A stretch of 64,000 nt of DNA from Myxococcales bacterium (lineage in GTDB: Bacteria; Myxococcota_A; Polyangia; Palsa-1104; JAEUJZ01), in contig JAEUKB010000025.1 in the NCBI GenBank assembly GCA_016794365.1, forward strand, positions 116,693 through 180,692, given 5' to 3'. The notes under the pieces were generated by a model, which was not told the DNA's origin, did no database searches, and was given only the letters and a program-made list of their open reading frames with translations. Shown here one piece after another: positions 57,926-64,000 of this stretch. A program made the translations under genes and the position numbers. Within the stretch, counting starts at the first letter, position 1. Every line of letters begins with the position of its first letter.

Positions 57926-58311
57926 TGCCAAACGCAGTATGTATGGGAGCAATGCTCAAGTGTTCGTTTGGGGTGGCTCCGGGAACACTGATGGTGCTTC
58001 CCGCCAACTTGGTGATGTCAAACGGACCGGTGGCCAACATCATGGATCACAAGCCCATGGTGAACGTCATGCCGTTTGGAATGTGTCAGTCGATGGCCAA
58101 TCCGATGGTGGCGGCAGCGACGGCGGCAGCGATGGGAGTCCTGACTCCGATGCCGTGCATTCCCAATACACCTGCGCCGTGGATTGTTGGTGCGCCGACG
58201 GTGCTACTTGGGAATATGCCGATTCTGAACAACTCCGCCAAGCTGATGTGTATGTGGGCCGGAGTGATTGAAATTCTGCCTCCTGGTGTTCCTACAGTGA
58301 TGACTCCTTAA
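57922..58311 (+). CDS. DUF4280 (PAAR-like) domain protein
   Basis: 129 aa, Met/Cys/Gly/Pro-rich with the DUF4280-type pattern (VCMGAMLKCSFG...MVNVMPFGMC...MPCIPN...LMCMWAGVI). Start overlaps the upstream stop. Confidence 0.6.
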   Translation: MMPNAVCMGAMLKCSFGVAPGTLMVLPANLVMSNGPVANIMDHKPMVNVMPFGMCQSMANPMVAAATAAAMGVLTPMPCIPNTPAPWIVGAPTVLLGNMPILNNSAKLMCMWAGVIEILPPGVPTVMTP

Positions 58312-58320
58312 GGAGCGAAG

Positions 58321-59187
58321 ATGGCTACGCGGGTTCGCAAGACAGCAGTAGTAGCACCGGCAGAGTCCGTGCCAGAGACGACGCCTGCTCAGACAACTCG
58401 GCGACGAGCAGCGACCAGTCGAACGGCAACGACTCGACGGACGGCTAGCTCTTCGCGGAGTCAGCGCATTGCGGTGGGAACCGATCCAGCACCGCCCGCT
58501 GCGGAGCCGTCTTCTGAAGCACTGCCTGTAAATGAAGCGGTACCTGTACCTGAAGCAGTCCCTGCGATTGCGACTCCTGTAGAGAGTCCGGTTGCGACTC
58601 CCAATCCGGCAGAGTCCAAGTCACAGCTCGCTGCTGCTACACCTTTTGTTCAAGCAGAGCGAAGCGAGCAGGACTTCACTTCTGTGATGTCGGCGCGTGT
58701 GGACTCGATTCATAAGCTGGTTGCGGAAGGACAAGATCGACTCTCGCAAGAGATCAGTAAGTCGCAGACCCAGACTGTGCGCAACGTCTCTGGACTGGCG
58801 CATGATGTCGATCGGCTGATGACACAGCTACAGGGAATGTCGGCGCGCATCGCACAGACAGAGTCTGTCCTATCGCGGATCGAAGCCACGCTGGTGCCGC
58901 TTTCTCGTGCGATCTCCGCGTCTTTGCTTCCCATTAAGCCGGTTGAAAAGGGAGTCAGTCCAGAGCTTTTGGAAAGTCGATTGGCGACGGCGCTGGCGCC
59001 GATCTTGGCAGAGCTTATCGAGATGCGTGCGCAGCGCTCACGCGATAGCAGTCTGGCGCAGGTTGAGCAGCAGATCCTACTGACGGAACTCAAGAGATTG
59101 CGCAGCGTTGCACTTCCGGCTGCGGAGCGAACGACGGATCCGTTACTCTCTGTAGGAAAGACTTCGCGGCGCGGGTCTGCAAAGTAA
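58321..59187 (+). CDS. hypothetical protein with Ala/Thr/Pro/Arg-rich disordered N-terminus and predicted coiled-coil C-terminal half
   Basis: Compositional reading only; 10 bp after the DUF4280 gene. Confidence 0.45.
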   Translation: MATRVRKTAVVAPAESVPETTPAQTTRRRAATSRTATTRRTASSSRSQRIAVGTDPAPPAAEPSSEALPVNEAVPVPEAVPAIATPVESPVATPNPAESKSQLAAATPFVQAERSEQDFTSVMSARVDSIHKLVAEGQDRLSQEISKSQTQTVRNVSGLAHDVDRLMTQLQGMSARIAQTESVLSRIEATLVPLSRAISASLLPIKPVEKGVSPELLESRLATALAPILAELIEMRAQRSRDSSLAQVEQQILLTELKRLRSVALPAAERTTDPLLSVGKTSRRGSAK

Positions 59188-59273
59188 AGACGGAAGACTG
59201 ACTGGTGTGTGGCGGCGTAGGGGAACAGACATTCGGCTGTGATTCCTAGATTGGCTTAGTTAGGGGGAACTCG

Positions 59274-62200
59274 ATGCGACATTCACTCACTGTGAGGGGT
59301 CTGTGCCTTGCTGTCTGGGCATGCCTCGCGCTCTTGTGGGCATCATGTAGTGTGCCGGATGGGGTGATGCTGTCGATCCGGGCTCCCGAGGGAGTTCGTC
59401 TTCAGAGCTACATCATCAAGATTCAGGATCGCAGCACTCGCAAAGTGGTGTTTCTGTCCGGCATTCAAACGCTGAGTGATAAGCGACTGCTGGCCAGCGA
59501 TCCGATGAAGGTTGCGCTGCCATTTTCCCAGCATGGTCGATTCCTGATCCAAGTCCTGGCTGCCAATGTTCCCAATGTGGAGTCTCTGCCCCAGAAAGGG
59601 AATCCAGAGCCACAGTACTTCTTTGCGCGGATCATCGACATCGCTGCGTATCAGGAAGTCGAAGCCAAGCTGCTTCCGGTTCCATCGGAATATGACGTAG
59701 ATGGAGATCACTTTCCCGACGCTGTGACCTGGGTCGCACAGAACGCGGAAGCCGCAGCGATGTATCAAGATCAACCGGAAGTGCTGGACTGTCTGGATGC
59801 CGATCCTCCACCGGGAGATCTGGAGCCCGTGCGCTTGCGGAGCTTTGACATTCATCCCATTGCCAGTACGTCTTGCAACGTCAAGCTGCGTCCATCCCAT
59901 CCGCCCACCAGCTTGCCGCCGCTTGAGCTGTTTGACGTAACGTGTGCGCAGCAGCCGCGTGCCTGTGAAGACAAAGACGGAGACGGAGATCCCGAAGGAA
60001 GTGACTGCGATGACAATGACAAGAATCGCTTTCACGGAAATCCTCGGCCCCGGAACTGCTGCGAGTGTACCGATATCACGTCTTGCGCAACCAACCACAA
60101 CAAGCGGAAGGACACGACGACGTGTTCTCCCAAGCGCTGTGACACCACGACAGACTTTGACTGCACAGGGCTCAACGTAGACTGCTTCACCGACGAAGAC
60201 TGTGATGGATACTCACCGAACAATCCCGATCCAAAGCTGCGTGACTGCGATGACACGGACTTTCGGGTTCATCCCAATGCGCAGAAGATCTGTGATCCGG
60301 ACGATGGTGTGATCAAAGACTGGGCATGTGATGGTCGTCCGCAAGCAGGCTGTGTTCCCTGCGATCTGGATGGTGATGGATTCCAGCGCGATGATTCGCC
60401 ATCAGGAACAACTTGTCCGACGAAAAATTACAAGATGTCAGGACGCGCTACGGACTGCGATGACAACGATCGCGGCGTATTTCCGGGCTCTGCAACGACT
60501 GTAGGAACAGCGACCAAGTACGGAACGCTGGATGCGACATCCAGAGGATTTAATGTCCTCTCCGCGATGCGCGGACTGTGTCGCAACACAGATCCAAGCG
60601 GAATGCCGCAGAACACGAGCTGTGAGAGCACGGCGCAAGCGCGTAGTGGCTGTCCTACGGCTGCCTGTGATGCGGACGGAGACGGATTCCCAAAGAACGT
60701 CGCAGGCTGCACGGTTGTCGGCAAGCCGTTTGACTGCAATGACAGTGATCCCACTGCGTTTCCGGGCGCTCCGATTGCTTGTGATGGCAAAGATCATGAC
60801 TGCGACAACGTACCGGATGTCTGCTCGTTTGATCGTGACAAGGACGGCTACGATGCAGCCAGTGACTGTGATGATGCCAATGCAGATGTTCATCCGTTTG
60901 CTGCGGAAATGTGCAATGGCAGAGACGATGACTGTGACGGACTTATCGACGAGCTGAACCCGGACTCGCTGGGCGTTCGGATGGTTCAGACCGGGACCGA
61001 TGGATCGAAGAAGATCACATCTTGCGCCGATTCCACAGTCGGACTGTGCGGACAAAAAGATGGCAGCGGATTTTTCAGCGGTCGCTGTGTCTGTACTTCG
61101 ATTGTTCCTACTTCGACCATCGATACCAAAGCGTTTCAGGGGTGTCCTGCACAAGACAACAGTGCGCTCTTCACCGCGCGCTGCTTTGGTGCGAACCAGC
61201 CCAAGCCACAGACCTGCGATGCGCTCAACCCGGTGGATGATGACTGCAACGGATCTCTCGATGATCCAACGGGTAACAACCTGAAGGAAAAGGGTCAGGT
61301 GTGCGGTGTCACAGTCAACGGAACGCGCTGCAAAGCCGGTACGGTGACAGGCTGCGTGCGTACCAAGGACAATCCGTTTTACGCGCTGAGCGTTCCGGGC
61401 TTCCCGCAAAAAGATCGCTACTTGGTCTGTAAGGATCAGACCGATCCAATTGCCGAGCTGTGCAACGGCTTCGACGATGACTGTAGCGGTGCGCTGCCCC
61501 CAGAAGAGAGAGATGCAGACGGCGACAAGTACATGTCGTGCTCGGGCTGCAAAGACACCGACAACCCGTTGGCGTTCAACAGCAACATGCTGTACTGCAA
61601 CGACTGCGATGACACCAAACGGAGTGTCTGGCCTGCGATTCCTCCGCCCAGTATGCAAGCGCGTGATGGCGCACCGGAGCTGTGTGACAGCCTCGATAAC
61701 AAGTGTGTCAGTGGCAACGTCAGCATGACCCCTGGCAACGATGGCTTTGAGCAGTGTGGAAGCGGAGCAGACAGCGGAAAAGGAACGTGTTGTCCGATGC
61801 TACGGATGTGCATTGATCCGCAGACAGACTTCGCACACTGCGGTGGCTGCACGGGCGCTTGTAGCACCAGCACGGCGGATCGCTGCGGCGGTGGACAGTG
61901 TATGTGCAACAACGAAGTGGCGTGCGATCCAGCCAGTCAGACCAAGTCTCTGTGTAAAGCAGGAACTGGCTGCGTGCAGTGTCTGGCCGGAGCAGACTGC
62001 ATTCGTATCCTGGGTGCTGCGACGCAAACTCGTGCATGCAGTCCGACGCAGAATCGCTGCGTAGAGTGTACCGATAACTCGTTCTGTGCAGCATTCCCAG
62101 GTCGTCCTTCCTGCGATACCGGAACCGGCAAGTGCGCGGTCTGTCTGAGCAACGCAGACTGCAAGACCGCAACGAATCCGGGCTGCAAAGTCGATGCAAC

Positions 62201-63203
62201 AGACAGCAGCAAGAACATCTGTGTGGAGTGTACGCAGAACAGTCACTGCACCACACCGGGCAAGACGACGTGCGATACGACGATCAACAAGTGCGTGCCG
62301 TGCTTGATCGGTGCGGACTGCAAGAACATGACGCCTGCGCAGTGCAAGACCAATGCAGACTCGACGCTCAATGTCTGTGTGGAGTGTCTGGCGAACAACG
62401 ACTGCAAGACGCTTACATCACGACCGATCTGTGACACGGCCAAGAACAAGTGCGTACCGTGCCTTGGCGACACAGACTGTCCGATGACGGCTCCCAAGTG
62501 CCTCAAAGATGCGGGCGGAGACAGCTCGAAGAACCTGTGTGTCTCTTGCGTGACCAGTACAGACTGTGCTGCAGTCGCCGGAAAGCCATTCTGTGACTTG
62601 ACCTCGCGTCAGTGCGTCGCTTGCCAAGGAAACCCAGACTGCTCTTCGGTCGCTGGAAAGCCTGCGTGTTACGTAAACGCTGCGGACACGACCAAGAATC
62701 AGTGTGTTCCTTGCGTAGGAACGAGCGATTGTCCGATGGCAACACCGACGTGCAAGACCAACGCGGTAGATCCCAGCAAGAACATGTGTCTGATCTGTCT
62801 GGCGGATGCCAACTGTCCGCTCGCGACGCCCATTTGCTACAAAGATCCGGGCGGAGATGACACCAAGAACTACTGCGTAGCGTGTACAGCGAACGCGCAG
62901 TGCAAAGCACCAACCGCGAAGTGTTACGTCGATGCAGATCCAAAGAAGAACGTCTGCACCGCATGTCTGGTAAACGGTGACTGTAGCGGAACCAACAAGT
63001 TCTGTCAGACGGTTGCTGCCATGCCTGTGAAGAACCTCTGTGTGCCGTGCGCAGCGAATGCAGACTGCAAGACTACAAGCGCTCCCAAGTGCTACATAGA
63101 TGCAGCCGATCCTACCAAGACATCATGTGTGGAGTGCTTGATGAACGCGGACTGTCCAATGGGCAAGCCAACGTGTAACATGACCACGCACGTTTGTATG
63201 TAA
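59274..63203 (+). CDS. giant secreted Cys-rich protein: MopE-like putative metal-binding motifs (DCDD.D....PGA.E.C.G.DDDCDG) followed by about 20 Myxococcus-type cysteine-rich repeats
   Basis: Signal peptide (LCLAVWACLALLWASC). N-terminal half with repeated CDD.D.......CDG..D.DCD modules. The C-terminal half is a tandem array of about 45-aa units (C..C...ADC.......C..D...S.KN.CV.C..N..C). 1309 aa. Confidence 0.75.
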   Translation: MRHSLTVRGLCLAVWACLALLWASCSVPDGVMLSIRAPEGVRLQSYIIKIQDRSTRKVVFLSGIQTLSDKRLLASDPMKVALPFSQHGRFLIQVLAANVPNVESLPQKGNPEPQYFFARIIDIAAYQEVEAKLLPVPSEYDVDGDHFPDAVTWVAQNAEAAAMYQDQPEVLDCLDADPPPGDLEPVRLRSFDIHPIASTSCNVKLRPSHPPTSLPPLELFDVTCAQQPRACEDKDGDGDPEGSDCDDNDKNRFHGNPRPRNCCECTDITSCATNHNKRKDTTTCSPKRCDTTTDFDCTGLNVDCFTDEDCDGYSPNNPDPKLRDCDDTDFRVHPNAQKICDPDDGVIKDWACDGRPQAGCVPCDLDGDGFQRDDSPSGTTCPTKNYKMSGRATDCDDNDRGVFPGSATTVGTATKYGTLDATSRGFNVLSAMRGLCRNTDPSGMPQNTSCESTAQARSGCPTAACDADGDGFPKNVAGCTVVGKPFDCNDSDPTAFPGAPIACDGKDHDCDNVPDVCSFDRDKDGYDAASDCDDANADVHPFAAEMCNGRDDDCDGLIDELNPDSLGVRMVQTGTDGSKKITSCADSTVGLCGQKDGSGFFSGRCVCTSIVPTSTIDTKAFQGCPAQDNSALFTARCFGANQPKPQTCDALNPVDDDCNGSLDDPTGNNLKEKGQVCGVTVNGTRCKAGTVTGCVRTKDNPFYALSVPGFPQKDRYLVCKDQTDPIAELCNGFDDDCSGALPPEERDADGDKYMSCSGCKDTDNPLAFNSNMLYCNDCDDTKRSVWPAIPPPSMQARDGAPELCDSLDNKCVSGNVSMTPGNDGFEQCGSGADSGKGTCCPMLRMCIDPQTDFAHCGGCTGACSTSTADRCGGGQCMCNNEVACDPASQTKSLCKAGTGCVQCLAGADCIRILGAATQTRACSPTQNRCVECTDNSFCAAFPGRPSCDTGTGKCAVCLSNADCKTATNPGCKVDATDSSKNICVECTQNSHCTTPGKTTCDTTINKCVPCLIGADCKNMTPAQCKTNADSTLNVCVECLANNDCKTLTSRPICDTAKNKCVPCLGDTDCPMTAPKCLKDAGGDSSKNLCVSCVTSTDCAAVAGKPFCDLTSRQCVACQGNPDCSSVAGKPACYVNAADTTKNQCVPCVGTSDCPMATPTCKTNAVDPSKNMCLICLADANCPLATPICYKDPGGDDTKNYCVACTANAQCKAPTAKCYVDADPKKNVCTACLVNGDCSGTNKFCQTVAAMPVKNLCVPCAANADCKTTSAPKCYIDAADPTKTSCVECLMNADCPMGKPTCNMTTHVCM

Positions 63204-63222
63204 CGGTCAGGAGAGCCTTGTG

Positions 63223-64000
63223 ATGGACGGACGCAGTGTAGATACCGAAGCGAAGATTGCCGAGCTTCAGGCTCTTCTTCCCGGTAGTGATGCGGCGGCT
63301 CTGTACGAAGCGAGTCGTCGTGGCGCGCTGGCAATCGAGTTTCGTGGTGTCGATGAAGTCTTGGGACTGCTGAAGAATCGATCCTCGCAGCTTGCGCAGC
63401 TGGGTGAGCTGACCCTACAAGCGCTGACACGCGCGGCGGAGCTGGGTCACTTGCAAGCCGGTGTGGATCTGGCCAGTCGTAGCTACTTTTCTCAGCAGAC
63501 AGAGCGTGCCAGCGAAGCGTTCGCACTGGCCGAGCGCGCGACGAGCATTCCGCGTGCGCTGTATCTGCTGGGACTGTTTTACTTTGCGGGCTTTGGCTGC
63601 GAAAAAGATGCAGCAAAAAGTCTTCATTATCATCAGCTCGCGGCGGAAGCTGGAGATGCTGATGCGCTGTTTGAGCTGTATATCTTTCACACCAAAGGTG
63701 TCGCAACCGCTGTTGACAAAGCACTGGCGCTTTCCTTTTGTGAGCGTGCCGCAGAAGCAGGCAGCCATCGTGCGATGGCCAACTTGGGAGGCTTCTACGC
63801 AACCGGCGATGGAGTTGCACAAGACTCCAGCAAGGCTGTGTTTTGGTACGATCGCGCGGTCCAAGCGGGGAGCGGTCGGGCGGCAGCGACACTCGGTCTG
63901 ATGTACGCAATCGGAGACGGAGCGCCACACAGCGATGAGTCCGCGCGACGCTACTTTCGTATTGCAGAGTCTTTGCATTACGACTGGCGCGCGCTGGCCG
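63223..64000 (+). CDS. Sel1-like repeat protein, 3-prime truncated by the window end
   Basis: AGGAGAG RBS before the ATG at 63223. Sel1/TPR-like units (AKSLHYHQLAAEAGDADALFELYIFHTKG; ALSFCERAAEAGSHRAMANLGGFYATGDGV; AVFWYDRAVQAGSGRAAATLGLMYAIGDG). Confidence 0.65.
   Translation, partial: MDGRSVDTEAKIAELQALLPGSDAAALYEASRRGALAIEFRGVDEVLGLLKNRSSQLAQLGELTLQALTRAAELGHLQAGVDLASRSYFSQQTERASEAFALAERATSIPRALYLLGLFYFAGFGCEKDAAKSLHYHQLAAEAGDADALFELYIFHTKGVATAVDKALALSFCERAAEAGSHRAMANLGGFYATGDGVAQDSSKAVFWYDRAVQAGSGRAAATLGLMYAIGDGAPHSDESARRYFRIAESLHYDWRALA

Noticed and set aside
59274-63203. Giant Cys-rich protein as a type VI effector delivered by the upstream VgrG/PAAR
   Set aside because: It starts with a Sec/lipoprotein-type signal peptide and is built from extracellular disulfide-rich repeats; type VI effectors lack Sec signals. 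It is treated as a neighbouring secreted protein.

Overview
This is a GC-rich (roughly 60%) bacterial chromosomal segment, most likely from a Myxococcota or Bradymonadales-like deltaproteobacterium. Support for that placement: Myxococcus-type cysteine-rich repeats, MopE-like metal-binding motifs, thrombospondin type 3 repeats, lipoprotein-rich secretome. Gene order, left to right:
- tail of an RND adaptor gene translationally coupled to two tandem RND permeases (MdtB/MdtC-like arrangement)
- eutB with no eutC after it
- a collagen-repeat lipoprotein
- a leucine-rich-repeat protein
- MshEN-domain/(EPxV)n repeat protein, radical SAM/SPASM enzyme and repeat lipoprotein
- PP2C phosphatase fused to a cNMP-binding domain
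- aspartate kinase and an acyl-CoA synthetase
- two tandem giant paralogous lipoproteins (FecR-like, VIT, vWA, TonB_C-like, TPR)
- TSP3/ricin-B lipoprotein and a DUF1800-like/lipoprotein/DUF1501 operon
- a tyrosine integrase lying next to a Ser/Thr kinase gene truncated right after its HRDL catalytic loop (probable integrative-element junction)
- an OmpA-TSP3 outer-membrane protein and a PEGA protein
- a near-complete type VI secretion cluster (tssJ-like, tssK, tssL, two non-core genes, tssM, tssA, tssB, tssC, hcp, tssE, tssF, tssG, vgrG, then MORN/YwqK-repeat, DUF4280 PAAR-like and further cargo-like genes; no clpV/tssH in the window)
- a 1309-aa Cys-rich repeat protein and a partial Sel1-repeat protein.
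Several short tandem DNA repeat arrays occur, both intergenic and in coding sequence. All calls rest on reading the supplied translations and the nucleotide sequence; no database search was run.
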